Assembly: GCF_036321535.1 (NCBI RefSeq)
Contig: NC_087436.1
Coordinates: 61,754,001 to 61,818,000 of the forward strand
DNA: 64,000 nt
Reading direction: 5' to 3'
Source of the DNA: Camelus dromedarius
Taxonomy: Eukaryota
The number at the start of each line of letters is the position of its first letter. The first letter of the stretch is position 1. A model generated the notes under the pieces. The model saw only the letters and a program-made list of their open reading frames with translations, ran no database searches and was not told the origin of the DNA. Below are positions 12,638 to 27,029 of this stretch, in pieces. Made by a program: the position numbers and the translations under genes.

Positions 12638-13784
12638 ACACAATCTTCCAATGATCTCATCTGGTTTCACAATTATGCCTACCACCTACAAACTGGTATT
12701 CCAAAGTGTATATTCCCTGACAAAGTGTCTCTCGCATTTTTTTCTCTGTCCTCAATCTCTGGTCTCCAACATCTTTCTACCTGTTGGACAACTGAATCTA
12801 TGTCTTATAGAAAACTGAACATTTTTCTCCTGAAGCCCTTGGATAAAGCAGTCATATGGTCAGTCTTTCCCTAACTGCTTTGTTGATTTCTGCAGGATAA
12901 TGTTTGAGATTCTTAACATGGCATGCATAGCCCATGATAATCTGTCCTCTGCCTACTCTGTAGCTTTTTTTTCTCAGTAGTTCATAACCCAAAATTTATT
13001 CTTCATCTTCCTAGAATACTTTTATCTCCTTCTATACATGCTGTTCCTCTTTTGTTTTATGCTGCAGCCTCTCTAAAATGCTTATCCTCACTTTTTTTAG
13101 CCTGTCCTACTTCTTTCAGAATTGTAGAGGTACCACCCCTTCCTGGAATTATCAATTAATTCTCTTTTCCATTCGCTACCTGTTTTAGTTAGACATGCCT
13201 CCTCTACATTATATCTTATGACTACTGCCTGCTGTGCCTCTGTCTGCTCCTGCACTGAATTGAAATGATGGTGATTTCTAGCACATTGCTGCATGTTGGA
13301 ACCAAGCCTGAGTAGCTCTAGCCATGCCTTGGTGTTTTGCTGATTTCTCTGTTAGAGTTTAGTCATTGATTCAAGTCAGTTTCCCAAACTTCACTGGGCA
13401 AGACCTACTTTACTCCTGTTTCCTACCAGGCCATGCAGCTCAGTTCCCAATGGGCTTGAATATGCTACAATTATGACAAACTTTAGTTCTATCTGATGAA
13501 GTGGACAAATACAATTTAGAATGGGAGATGATAAAATACCATAGGAAAAGTATATTAAAGTGTTAAGGGGTCAGAGAAGCAGTCCATTGATTCTGCTACT
13601 GAGAAGGTGTTAGGGATGTAGTCCTAGATTAACTGGATTTTGAGTTGGCTCTCATTTAGTAAATGCAGATACCTTAAATTTCTGGAAAACTTGAATAGTG
13701 CCATTTTTTTAAAAATTGCTGAATTGTCACTTTTTAAAACTGTGACTATTTCTTTATCATTTATCTATAGTTTCAAAGAATGCT

Positions 13785-13948
13785 TACTGTAGTCTACACA
13801 TGATTGCCATCATTGAACAACTCCAGGGGCACCATCAATATTTTATTATATCACATTTGATCTTATTGACCACACTCTTCATAGTGCTAATAGTATTCAC
13901 ACTGAATGAATAGCATCCCTTGAAGTTGAGTAATAGAGTATCCTGGCT
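13785..13948. mobile_element. MER91-like (hAT-Tip100) palindromic MITE
   Basis: Imperfect inverted arms caactccaggggcaccat (13818-13835) and atagcatcccttgaagttg (13910-13928) resemble the MER91 hairpin. Confidence 0.6.
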
Positions 13949-16724
13949 GAAAGCAACCAATAAATACGTTTATAGAGCATTGGTTATATAGCCAGTCCTG
14001 GGCTAGGTTCCCTATGCCTTTGGGAACATACAAAAACAAGTGTTATATCTGCTTTCCTGAATCAAGGATTTTTAGGTAAGGTTATAGAAATAAAATTCAC
14101 ATATGTGTCTGACAAAGGGCAATGAACTGTATTTTATATATAGGTGCTACATTGTTAAGCATGATGAAAATTACTAGAAGGAATATCACAGGAAACCGGA
14201 ATATTAGAATTCTCTGATAAGTTTTTTGAAAACAGAGAAGGGTATAGATAATCAGGGAAAGGAAATGAGTAATGTACCATAAACTAAGGCATGGCATATG
14301 AAATTGTACAAATGATACCAAAATCTGGAGGAGAGTTCAGAAAATCTCTGAAATTGTATTTGTTTGTAGTCAGCAGAGGTTGCTGAAAAATGGTCTGTCT
14401 CTTACCAACCAAGGCTAATGAGATCAGTGTTTTGTTTGCTTGTTTGTTTTTCTTTTACCACTTAATATCTTACTGTCTCATAAATAGTATCCAGGTTTTG
14501 ATAAAGAACCATCACCCATGAGTATCAAAGCAAACCAAGTAAACATTTATAAGAAGCAGTTAGTTCCTTTCTTCCTGGCCTTGATTTTATTTACTCAATT
14601 AATTATTTAATCTTAACAAGGAACATAGCCTCCCTATGCGCTCTTCATCCTTTGAAGTAATCAGCAGTGAAGGGAGGCAAGGCATTAAATGGATTCTGTA
14701 TAGAGGGATAAGAGAATTGCAGATAACTGTTGTTTTAAGTACCATGACCATAACAGCAGCAGCTTGGTAATAATAATAATAAAAAAGTAATTTATATTGA
14801 GCACATCTATGAAAGGTTATTATGTATAGAATGATGACTGGTTGTTCTCCATCACAAGTAGGCACAGAAAAAGATGATCTAGATTTAAATATTAGTAGAT
14901 TATATTATTGCAAGAGAGAAAAATATTTCCCAGGAAGACTTTAACATAAATTAGAATGATTATTCTTCTGTCAAGAACAGTTTAAATTGAAGTCTATGTA
15001 ACTAAGGAGATGGATTCAAAATCTATTTTGTAAAAAGATTATTACTATTTTTTTTGTAACTTGGCATCACAGAGAATTGATCCTTTGCGTAATAGCCTAG
15101 TTGTTTAGATAGCACTTTCCATCTTTATTTTGTTTTCTTTTTGAGATGGATGCTTGATTCCGCATATTCTGGTGGAGAAGATACACCCTGAGTGATTATA
15201 GAACCTGCTCAATGACACGCATCTACCTAATAGTGGTGGAATAGGAGCTCAAAATTAGGTGTTCTGACAGCAGAGTCAAAGGTTAAATTGCAGCTTTGCC
15301 ATGAGGAACCCTTCAAAAATATTCTACAGTGCCCCTCAAGTTATAAATGAAGAAACTGAGGCCCAGATAATTAAAAAGACAATTTTTTTAAAGGAACAGA
15401 ACGTGACCAGTGTGCTTTCCACTAACTACAGTTCTCCCCACCTCTCTCTATTCACGCAGGGCAATATGAATGAGTGCCCGCGCATCCACACTCTCCTTGT
15501 CCACCCAGTTAGCAGCAGAGGATGCAAAACTCCACTTCCTTCTACTGCTTTGTGTCCTTTAGTGACAGGATAAAATGTGAAAGTCACAGAATTCATATTG
15601 TTGTCCTCATTTCCTGTCTTCTATCTTCTAAAGTTACAGTATTCTTGTGCTGATAGTCCCCAGGTTTTTGCTAATAGTATTAACGAGATCATAGGAAACC
15701 TGGAAGAAACTTGACAAGAGAGTTAACCTGCTTATCCATTAGAAAAAGTAGAGAGTGCTTTGTGGAAGGAGATAATATTGAAAAGGCTGCATGAATGGGT
15801 GGGTGAAATAGTGGGAAATGGAGTGGGAGGGTAGAAATGGAGAAGAGATATATTTGTAAACAACTCTTATGATAAGAAGATCTCTCAGAAGAAAGACATC
15901 TGCCGAGGATTTTTAGGAAATTATGTTGTGTTTGTGCAGTTGAATTCCTCACCCTTCTTCCTAACAGAATTCAGTAAAACCCTACATTGCCCTTCAATAC
16001 TTTTAAAATCAGAATTGCATTTTTTGAGGTAATGGGGGAAATACTTCAATGATCACCTTATATGAGCAGGAAGTTCAGTTCCTTTGGTTCATTCTATTTA
16101 CAAATTTAAACATTGAATTTCATGCCTAATATTAAAATTTTATTATCATGAGATACTAATCAATTTTATAATCTCTTTAATTTTTTGGTTGTTTACTTTT
16201 ACTTTGGAAATGGAAGGGCCCATTGTTTTAACTGGAAAAGATTATTATGGTTTCTCTTTCTTCAATATCTTCCCCAACCAGTCAGTCTCCCTGTATGTCG
16301 TCTGTTAATTTTCTGACTTTACCACTACTTGCTTAAAAGCTACCTTCAAAATAAAATCTATACTTCTTCTTTCCTTCTCTGGCATATAAAACTCATCATT
16401 GTCTAGACACAACCCAACCAGGCAGGTCTCCTTCTAGTGGGCTTTGCCAGGTGTGCAGGATACCTGATACATTGCTCCACTTTAAGATACCTAAAAATGC
16501 TGCTTTTCTTTCTTGTCCAGGACCTTTGTGGATGTCATTTTTGTATCCTTATTTCTGTTTGGCTTTTTTTTTTTTCTGATGAATATAATCTTCACAATTT
16601 GTATTATCTTCCCTGTCTTCCCAAGGCACAGAGTACTCTGCTTTATTTGAGCAGTCTAAGGTTTTGGAGTTTCCGTTTGTGTTGAAACATACCACAGGAT
16701 TGTGCAGTGATCATTTTCATATCT

Positions 16725-16840
16725 ATCTGCTGTTGGTTTTAAGAACTGGGAGCATGTCTTATTCACATATGTTTAGTTAGAATAACATAGGGCAAATAGT
16801 AGGTGCTAATAAAAAAAATTGCTGAATTAAATTGAATTTG
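16725..16840 (+). mobile_element. LINE-2 3' end
   Basis: 'catgtcttattcac...caaatagtaggtgctaataaaaaaaattgctgaattaaattgaat'. Confidence 0.6.
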
Positions 16841-18679
16841 ACTAAAGGGTCAAATTTTTTATATACATTACCTGATGTTTCCTCATGGTTTGAGTCAGGG
16901 ACTTTTGAGGGAAAGAAGAAACATGCATCACAATCCTTGGGGCATTACTCCATTCCTGCATTTTTGCAGATATGGTTGATAGGCTTCTTACTGGAGGTAC
17001 AATTCTTTGATGACTAGTCCCCTGTCATCTGCTGGAGAAGGTGGCTTGCAGAAGTCTTGTTTACAAAGAGCTAAGGTTGCTGAGAGCTTGTGTTGTGACA
17101 TGTTTTGAGGGGAGGGCTGCCACCAAATGGAAAGACAAAGGAAGCAGGAAGTCCCCAGGTTGTGGAGTGCTGGGTACTACATGGGTGATGCAGAAAATGG
17201 ATGGACAACACCAACATCTACAGGGCTACACCTAATTCCTTATTAGTTGTACTCATTAGATTTTAGAAATCTCCTTGCTGTGTGGTCTACTGGTGAGCTG
17301 GCCTAGAGCAAATCATTCATTTTAACACTTCCAATCTAATGTCTTTAAAGAGGTGAAGACTGATTAATATGAACAATTAGAAGGGGAGAAAATAGGCAGC
17401 TTGTGTGGTGTGTTAGGATGAGGAGATGAGGTGGGGTTATTATGGCGTGTATAACACGTCCACAGTGCCGGTCTGTCATAGTTTTATGTTTGCTTTAGCA
17501 TTAACTGTCTGCAGCATCCCCTCCCCTCCTGGGGACTTCTCTTTACAACTGGATCCCTAGAGGTGTTTTCCAGAGCCCTCTTACAATTTAGTTCCAGAAA
17601 ATGGACTCATTTTGTGACATTTTAAGAATAGTTTACCTTCAAGGATCAGGAAGGGAGAAATGTGTCTTATCTTCGCTACTGAACTATTAATTCTGCAAGT
17701 CCAAAGTTAGAAAGCAGTCAGTAGTAGTAAAATGCCTTCTGCATTCTCTTCAATGTGATCTACATGTTTCTATAGATAACCAGATACTTATTTATAATAC
17801 AGAAGACACTGCAGCATGAACCTGACAACAGTTATGAAAGAACAACCAGCCACTGATGAGTCATTTGCTCAGAAAAATTTTACTTTGCTCTTGTCAGTGC
17901 CTCAGCCAATAGCGTGTGGTCTGGGTGTCACCCTCACTGCTTAGAGGAATCCTCTGTTGCAAATGTGCTACAAGCTGATAAATTCAATCCTGAAGTCTTC
18001 TATGCTTGATACTTCGTTAGGCATACAGTGACTTTTTTTTCTTTTTGTTTTTACTTTGGCCTCTAATAGTGATAGCAGGTACAGGCTTCCAATTTAAGTA
18101 TAATTGAACTTGAGATTAGCTGTTCACAGATGCTGGTAAACCTTGCCATGTATTGCCTAAAAACAAATTCTAACTCCAATTTGAATAGCACCTTTCACAA
18201 TAGTGCTCTAAATTGTTTCACAGTAATACATCATCAATATTTCACAACATAGTGTCACTGAGCAGCATATTCAATTATTCAACCATCACTTCAAATAATC
18301 TAGAGAAGCAGCAGCTATAGGAAAGCAGGTCTTTTTTTTTCACCACACTGTGATACAGATTTATTATTTTCCAAGTGTTTTACCCTGAAACCATGTTTAA
18401 AAGAACAGCCTAGCAGAAACGTGCAAAACTGCTCCTGAGACACCATTAATATCTGCATTAGTAAATCCAAATCAAACAAACAAAACCAAACCCCTGTTGT
18501 ATACATGCGTATATACCGAATATTTCATGTGACACTACATACAGCTGCAAATACAATCTATTAGACATTTTAAAAAATTAAGTATAAAATTATTTTATTT
18601 GAAAAATTAATTCATGAGATTACTGCCTAATTACTACTTAGGAATATTGTTTGCCAAAGCTAGGAATGAGAAAAGTCAT

Positions 18680-19290
18680 GCTGGATTTCTCTCTCCTCCT
18701 CACCACATCCAGTGCTCATCTTAATGCCTCCAAAATCCGTACTATTTCATCGTATTGCATTATTCCATCTTATTGTCATATCCATAATTCAGCCCTCGTT
18801 TTTTACTTGCATTAAAAATACCATAAATCTGACTGTTTTTCTTCAATCTAGGTTTGCTTGAACATTTTACTTTGCCACTCTTTATATTCCTCTTAATAAG
18901 TGCCAGAGTAAATTTTCTATAATAGAAATAGACAATGTCTCTTCTTAGATAAAAATACTTTCCAGGGACTCTCCATAGATTTCAGACTGTTTAAAATACT
19001 TAGCATGGCACATAAGGCCTTTCAGGAATTGACATCTATCTATATTTCTACCCAGGTATGTTTTTATTCACAGAATGAGCACTTAACATTATCTCAACAC
19101 TTTGAACTCTATGTAGTTCCATGAACACATGACCTTTGTCATCTCTGGACTTTTAAATGTGGTGAATCTTCTACCAAAAATGTATAATCATATGCTTGCT
19201 CAATTTTCTCTCTCACTAGGGTGAGATCTGTTGCATATAGTCATTAATGACTGATATATGATACCTAATACTTGATTCTTGAACTGAATT
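18680..19290 (+). mobile_element. LINE-2 3' portion
   Basis: 'ctcctcctcaccacatccagt', 'tacttagcatggcacataaggcctttcagga', tail 'cttgaactgaatt'. Confidence 0.6.
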
Positions 19291-19399
19291 TGATATGAAG
19301 CAATACAACCTCTGTACTACTCATGTCTTCAGTTTATTGCACAAAGTTAGACACAGGCTATAATCTTAAAATCTTAAATTTTTAATATTTTACAAAAGT

Positions 19400-19560
19400 T
19401 ATAACTCTTTTTTAGAATCTGTTGGAAGCTATAGACTCAACAGGATAAACGGCACAGATGCTCTTGCATACACAGCTTTCTGTACAGCTTCAGAAGCTTC
19501 ATAAACACCTTGAATTCAATTTAGGGATTTGAAGTGAAAAAAAAAAAAAACATGCTCTAA
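19400..19560. mobile_element. hAT MITE (MER103C-like)
   Basis: 'tagaatctgttggaagctatagac...catacacagctttctgtacagcttcagaagcttcataaacaccttgaa'; family name tentative. Confidence 0.45.
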
Positions 19561-19844
19561 GGCATGTTCATTTGATAAACAATCTATTGGGGAATTTGTT
19601 CATTTGGGTTGATTTACTCTTTCTTACCTCAATTTAGAGACTCATAGAATCTTAGAATTGGCAAAATGTCTAAATATTATTTAGCTCAATTTCATACCTA
19701 ATATATAAAACATCTCTACAATGTTTATGTCATATACTTTTTCTTTTCATGTAAAGTATTGTTATTTAATGACAGTGAAACCCTTATCACCTGAGCTTGA
19801 CCAGGTATACTTCGAAAGATCCAGTCTAATTAAGAATTGGCTGA

Positions 19845-22800
19845 GACTTCTCATTTGAGCTCAGACATAAAAGGAGCTTGGAATTCATCACTTAAAAAAG
19901 CTAGACAAACTGAAAATCGGTGACTTCTTCTTGGATCCATCAGAGAACTGAGATTGAGGGGCAAATTGTCTCCTTGAAGTCTGGAGAGAGAGGAGCATCC
20001 AGAGCCATAGCCAAGATCTGCTTACCTGGAGTATAAGTGCTGAAACTATAAACTAGTAGGAACAATTAAATGGTAATTTTAATGAATTTCTGCAGTTGAA
20101 TATAGGCTAGCATGAGAGTGAGAAATTCTTGGAAACTTTAGTCTTGGGAGGTGTCCTTCACAGTACTTTGATTTTTACCTCCAGAAGTTCTACAAGGTAC
20201 CCATGGTGGAATTTTCCCAAGGTTCCAAGAAAGAACCCCTTGTAGCTCTGGGAAAGATAAGAGAAGAATAATCATTATGAAATACAACTAGGGCATTCTC
20301 TGTTAACAAAGTCTTACTCTCTAGGGAAATAGACTTCACTAAAGCCTTATTCTGTCTGAGGACAGACACTGCTCTCAATCCAGCCATATCCAACCTTCTT
20401 GTCTCATCAAAGTGTATGTAAGGAAACAGAGTCAAGAGGGGTCAAGCTATAAGGAAACAGACTGGGAACACAGAGGCAGGAAAGGGTAGGGAGGAAAAGT
20501 TATACCACTGGAGAAACAATTCTTAAGGTTACAGCTCAGATATATAGGCCAGCTAAAAGACTGAGATTTCATTAGGAAATTATGGAATGTTTCTACTTCT
20601 TCACACCTTCCAATGATACTAACATGGCCCCAGTATGACAGCAGGGGATTACAGCTGAAAGAGCTGTAAGACACAGGCTCGCTCTCTCTCTGAACATGAA
20701 TATTTACAGAGGCCTAATGGCAAGAGAGAGAACAAAGATAAGGACAATAGAGGAAACTGAAGCCTTGGGCATCTATAGATATAGTAAACATTACACAGCC
20801 CAACTCCTAGACAAATTAACATAAATATTTACACTGAGTCTTATTTGTCTAAGTTCCTATTGTCCAGTACAACATACAATGCTTTCAGCAAATTATTACA
20901 AGGCATGTCAAAAGAGAAGATAAAACAAAATATGAAGAGAGAAAGCAAGAATCAGAACTAAACTCAGGTATGACACAGATGTTGGAATTATTCGACAGTG
21001 AATTAAAATGAATAATTATTATGTTAAGGAGTCTAATTGGAAAAGTAGACAATATATAAGGACAAATGGGTAATGTAAGCAACGAGGAAAACTCTAAGAC
21101 AGAATCAAAAGAAAATGCTAGAAATCAAAGACACTATAATAGAAATGAAGAATGCTTTCAATGGGATCATCAGTAGACTCCACACATTTGAAGAAAAAAT
21201 CAGTAAGCTTGAAAAATAGGTCAATAGAATCTTACCAGCTGATATGGAAAGGGAAAAAAGAGAATAATAACAATAAAAAGTACCAGAACAGAACACCCAA
21301 GAATTGTGGGATGATTTCAAAGTTGTAACATACGCACCATTGGAATACTAAAATGAGAAGAAAGAGAGAATGGAGGATAAGAAATATTTGAATTAATAAT
21401 GGATGTGAAATGTCCAAATTAATGATAGACACCAAAGAACTGATCAAAGAAGCTCAGAGAATATCAAGCATATCAAGAAGAATAAATACTAAAACAGGAC
21501 AAAACAAAATGAAACAAAAACTTGACATCTCATATCTGAATGGCAGAAAACCAGACAAAGAGAACATTTTGAAAAAAATCTAAAGGAGACAACAAAAACA
21601 CCTTACCTAGAGGAACAAGTGTGAACAAGGATAGAAATTACAATGGCCTCTCAGAAGCCAGATGATAATGAAGAGAGCAGAGTGAAATACTGAAAGAGTT
21701 GACAGAATAAAAACACCAATATATAATTCTATATCCAGTAAAATTACCCTTTTGAAGTAAGAATAAAGACTTTATCAGAAAAAGAAAAATAGGAAATTCA
21801 TCACCAGCAAGTCTGCCATAAGAAGAAATAATAAAATAAGTTCTTCAGGCAGAAAGAAATAATATAGGTCAGAAACTCAGATCTGCATAAAGGAAAAGCA
21901 TCAGAGAAGGAATAAATAAAAGTAAAATCTTTATTTTTCTTATTCTTAATTGAGCGAAAACCTAAATGTGTATTTAAAGTAGCAATAGTAACAATATATT
22001 TAGTGCTTACAGCATATGAATAAATAAAATGAAGGAGAGCAGTGACACAAGTATTTGAAGAAAGAATTGGGGATGCATGTTTTAAAGTACCTGTACTACA
22101 TGTCAAAATTGATTACAATTTAAAGTGTAAACTCCAGAGCAATCACTAAATTTTTTAAAGATGTAATTGATACACTATAAGAAAATATTTTTTAAAGTAC
22201 TTAATTAATACTGAAAAAGAACAGAAATACAGAAAAAATAAACAAAGAAGAAATACAACAAATAGAAAAGAGTTATAAACATGGTGGATATTAATTCAAC
22301 TATGTTAATATTCACTTTTAAGTGTGAATGAGCTAACTACACCAGGCAGAGGTTAGAGGTTGTCAGATGTATAAAAAAATAAGACCCTACTATATGCTAT
22401 CTATATGAATCCTACTTTAAAAGTAAAGGGATGGAGAAAATATTGCATCCTAACTCTAATAAAAAAAAAAAAAGCTAGTGTAGCTATATTTTAAACAAAG
22501 CAGACTACAGAACAAGGAAAGATTTCAGGGATAAAGAGGGACAGTATATAATTATAAAGGGATCAGTTCTCCAAAAAGTCATCACAATCCTAAAAACAAA
22601 GCATAAAAATACATGAGGCAACTCCACTATTAAAGTTGAAAATATCAATACCCCTCTGTCAGCAATTGATAGATAAATCAAGAAAATCAGTAAGGATATA
22701 TATAAACTCAAATGACATCTATAAAATATGTTGATCTAATAGACATTTAGAGAATTCTCCATCCACAACAGCATAACACATTTTTCTCAAGTTTGCATGG

Positions 22801-25800
22801 AACACTTACCAGGATAAACTACATCCCAGACCACAAAACACATCTTAACAAATTTAAATGTATAGAAATATTTCAAATATGTTCCCAGATCACAATGGAA
22901 TTATAGACTAGAAGTCAATAAAATAAAAATAGCTTGACAACTTCCAATATTTGGAAATCAACAAATGCATGCCAAATAACGCATGGATCAAAGGAGAAGT
23001 CTCAAGAGAAATTTAAAAATATTTTGAGTTCTTCAAGACCAACAAAATTGACAAACTTGTGGCTAGGCCAAAAAGAATGAGAGAGAGAAAGAGAGAAGGC
23101 ATAAATTGCCAATATCAGAAAAGAATGAGGAGTCATCATTACTGATCACATGGACAGTAAAAGAGAGGAAAGAAATACTTCAAATGACACTGTGCCTACA
23201 AATTTGATAACTTAGATAAACTGGACAAATTGCTGAAAAACACAAACTACTAAAACTCATATAAGAGAAATAGATAATCTGAATAGCTACATAACTATTA
23301 AAGAAATTGGATCAATAATTAGTAAATATACATTAAAAAAAAAAAAAAAAAACAGGCCCTTTTGGGTTTACTGGTGAATTCTACCAAAAGGTTAAGGAAG
23401 AAATAATATGAATTCTTCACAATTTCTTCCAGAAGATGGAAGCAGAGAAAACACTTCCTAATTTATTTCATGAGGCCAGCAGTATACATTACTAAAACTA
23501 GATAAAGACGTTACAAGAAAAGAAAACGACAGACCAATATATTTCATAAATATTGACACAAACAACTTCACAAAATATTAATGAATCAAATACAATAATA
23601 CATAAGAAAATTACACATCACGTCCAAGTGGGATTTATTCCAGGTATGCAAGGCTGATTCCATGCTCAAAATTCATGTATTAAAAATAAAGGAAATTGAG
23701 TGCAGGGTATATTAATATTTAACTGAATATCTCGGTACTATAGCCTAACCAAGTTGATAGTAATATTAACCATCACAAAGACTTACTGTACTGCTATGTT
23801 AATAAATATATCATGATACGAGTTAAGGAATAGATACATGGATGATCAATGGAATAGAATAGGGAGCACAGAACTAGACCCACACAAATATAGCCAACTG
23901 AATTTTGACAAAGGCACAAAGGCAATACAATGTAGAACTGATTGCCTTACCAAAAAATTGTGTTGAACAATTGGATGTCTTTATGATAAAAAAGAATGAA
24001 CTTTGACACAGACTTTACACATTCCACAAAAGTCAAGTGCAGATAGATCATGGACTTCATATAGAATGTGTAGAAGTAAACAGGCGGAAGTTGATAAGAA
24101 CTTAGGTTTGGCACTGAATTTTTAGATACAGCTCAAAAGAATAATCCGTGAAAGAGAAAAATTGGTAAGTTGAATTTTACTAAAATCAAAAACTTCTGCT
24201 GTGCAAAAGAGAGTGTTAAGAAAATGAAAAGATGCACCACAGATAGGATAAGATATTTGTAAAGCACGTATTTGGTAAAAAACTTGTATCCAAAATATAG
24301 ACAGAACTCTTACAATTCAACAATAAGAAAATAACTCAGTATAAAAATGGGCAAAATATCTGAACAGATAACTCACCAAAAAAGTGGACAGATGCCAACA
24401 AGTATATGAAAATGTGCCCAATATAATTTGTTATTAGAGAAATGCAAATTATTAATGAGATAGCACTACAAACCTACAAGAATGGGTAAAAATTTAAAAA
24501 TCTGGCAGTATTAATTGCTTGTGAAGATGTGGAGCAACAGGAACTCTCATTTATTTTCTGGTGGGAATGAAAGTTGGTACTGCTACTTTGGAAGACAGCA
24601 TGGCAGTTTCTTAAAAATCTAAACAGTCTTGCCATATGACCCAGCAACACATTCCTAGCTCTTTACCCAAGTAATTTGAAAACTTATGTCTGCCCAAAAA
24701 CCTGCATGCAAATGTTAATAGCATCAAAATGCAAAGCAGCCAAGATTGTCTTCACTAAGTAAATGGATGAATACACTGTGGTCCATCTATATAATAGAAT
24801 ACTACTTAATAATAAAAAGGAATGAGCTATCAAACCACCCCAAAGACATAGACAAAACCTTAATTCATATTGCTTAGTGAAAGAATCCAATCGGAAAAGG
24901 CTACATACTGTATGATTCGATTTACATAACACTCTGTGACTGGAGAAACTATTGAGATGGTAAACAGATCTATGTCTGACAGTTCTTTGGGGAGAGGTTG
25001 AATAGGAGAAGCAAGGGAATTTTTAAGATGTTGAAACTATTCTGTGTGATACTGTGATGATAGAAACATGGCATTGTGAATTTGTCAAAACTCATATAGT
25101 TTTACAGCTCAAAGAATGAAAATTAATGTACAAAAATTAAAAAAAAAAAAAACATTTAGGAGGTCAAGGAATCTCCACATAGCATGACAAATGAATTTAC
25201 CTGTACAAATATAGGAAAGGACTCACTGAAGGGAGTGGGAGGAAAGGTTGCTGACCTATGCAACTTTGGAAATCAGTGGATTTTGTAAAACTAAAGGTCA
25301 TGTCCTCTAGCTGATAAAATTATTTATTTTCCATGGGTATATAGGTTAACAACTTATAAGTGGACGGTGGATGGTGGGGGTCATGTTTCCACTGTTGGAC
25401 TGGGAGTTTACAAATAGCAAATAGAGGAGTCTAGAATGATCTATGTAGGAGTGGATTAGTTTGAGACTTCAGTATGACCTGAAGTTTGGGCTTAGTTTAG
25501 ATAGATATGTGTTTATACATGAGTTGGTATACCATATATACTTCTTTGCTCTTTATCTGAGAGGCACTAAAAACAATAAAAACAATGGTACCAGTGACTG
25601 TACATAGTACCTAGAACTTAGTTTCTTATGTCATTCTTCGACGTAGTGCCAAAAGGTAAGAAAATGCACACCTACACCTTCCTCAATGTGGCATGTCAAA
25701 AGGATATAGGTGCCGACTGAGAGAGCTCCTAGTTGGCAAAGTTGAAACAATTTGATCAGCAAAATAGATAAATATTGGATTATAACCCAAACTATAAAAT

Positions 25801-26585
25801 AAATATCCGTAAGTCCACATGGATATAAATGACTAAATAAATAAATAAATAAATATTAGAGAATAGACAAATCTCCCATGCATAAGATTTCCAAACAGTT
25901 TTATGTATATACTCTTACCTCGAGGGGGTGGAGCATAACTCTCCACTCTTTAAGTATGGGCTACACACAGTTACTTCCTTCCAAGACATACAGTATGGAA
26001 AGAGAAGGAAAAGTAACTTTGCAATGGAGAAACCTGACAAACCCTATCTCAGCTAGAAGTCAGTGATCAAAGTTAATGCCAACACTGATTAAGTCATATT
26101 GATAGTATATACCCTTGATATGATGTGATGAGAATGGTCCTTTACCTCTTTGGTCTTCCTCCCCAAACTCAAAACCCTGGTCTTATCATGAGGAAAACAT
26201 CATATTAATCCCAATGAGAAGCTTTCAACAAAATGCCTGACCAGTCCTCCTCAAAATAGTGAGAATCTCAAAAACAAAGAATATCTGAGAAACTGTCACA
26301 GCCAAAAGGAACCAAAGGAGATTTGACAAATAAGTCCAATATAACTTGCTGGATGAAAATCTGGAACAGAAAAAGGATATTGGTAAAGCTAAGGAAATCT
26401 GAATAAAATATGGAGTTTAAAATTATATAAATATTTGTTCATTAATTGCTATAAATATATCATACAAATGTAAGATGTTAAAAATAAAGGAAACTGGATA
26501 TGAGGTATTTGTGAGCTTTCTGTACTATCTTTGCAGCTTTTCCATAAATCTAAAGCTATTCTAAATAAAACACTTATTTTTAAAA
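19845..26585 (+). mobile_element. Near-full-span ancient LINE-1 (L1MC/L1MD-type) with 5' UTR, ORF1, internally deleted ORF2 and a long 3' UTR
   Basis: 5' UTR 'cttggatccatcagagaactgag'; ORF1 remnants ~20900-21900 ('gaaatgaagaatgctttcaatgggatcatcagtagact', 'aagaagctcagagaa'); ORF2 remnants ~22280-24850 ('gatcacaatggaatt', 'ggtttactggtgaattctaccaaa', 'ccatatgacccagcaa'); L1MC/MD-type 3' UTR ('ggtggagcataactctccactc', 'gtactatctttgcagcttttc'); all frames are broken. Confidence 0.9.
23712..23777 (-). mobile_element. MLT2 (ERVL) LTR terminal remnant inside L1 ORF2
   Basis: 'taatatttaactgaatatctcggtactatagcctaaccaagttgatagtaatattaaccatcaca' matches the MLT2 end and resembles 56940-57010 in this window. 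Confidence 0.7.
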
Positions 26586-27029
26586 GTATATAATGTGGTA
26601 GATTCCAAGATAATATGGATATTATTTTCTATATCTATATTATTGAGTTCACTAACAACCTGTTATTTGCTAGTTAAAAATTAAATGCAGATAAGTAGTT
26701 TTTCTCATTGCCCTTCTCAGTCTATTGAGAAATGAACTTGGCTAAAAGATAAGTAATGCTGTTTTTTTCTTTTGTTTATTGGATAATCTATTGTAGTAGC
26801 ATTAGAATTAGATGTCTGAGTAGTTGCCTATCCTTTTATATATCCTGAATTAGTGCCAATTTTGTGATTTTTATATTAAAAACAGTCTGTGGGTCTACAT
26901 TCTCTATAGTGTTAAGTAATTTACTGCCTATTCTCACAATATTATAATTTTATACTCATGTACTTAATCATTTCAGGCAGTTTTTTTTTGGGGGGGTCTT
27001 ATTTATCTCAGGATTTGGTTTCTATTTCT

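Larger units (their letters stand above)
11050..13300 (+). mobile_element. Long degraded LINE-2 interrupted by a MIR and a MER5
   Basis: Pyrimidine-rich L2-like segments such as 'cactaccagaattgctcttgtccaaatcaccaataatttactaactgccaagccaaaagga' and 'gattcttaacatggcatgcatagccc'; boundaries approximate. Confidence 0.55.
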
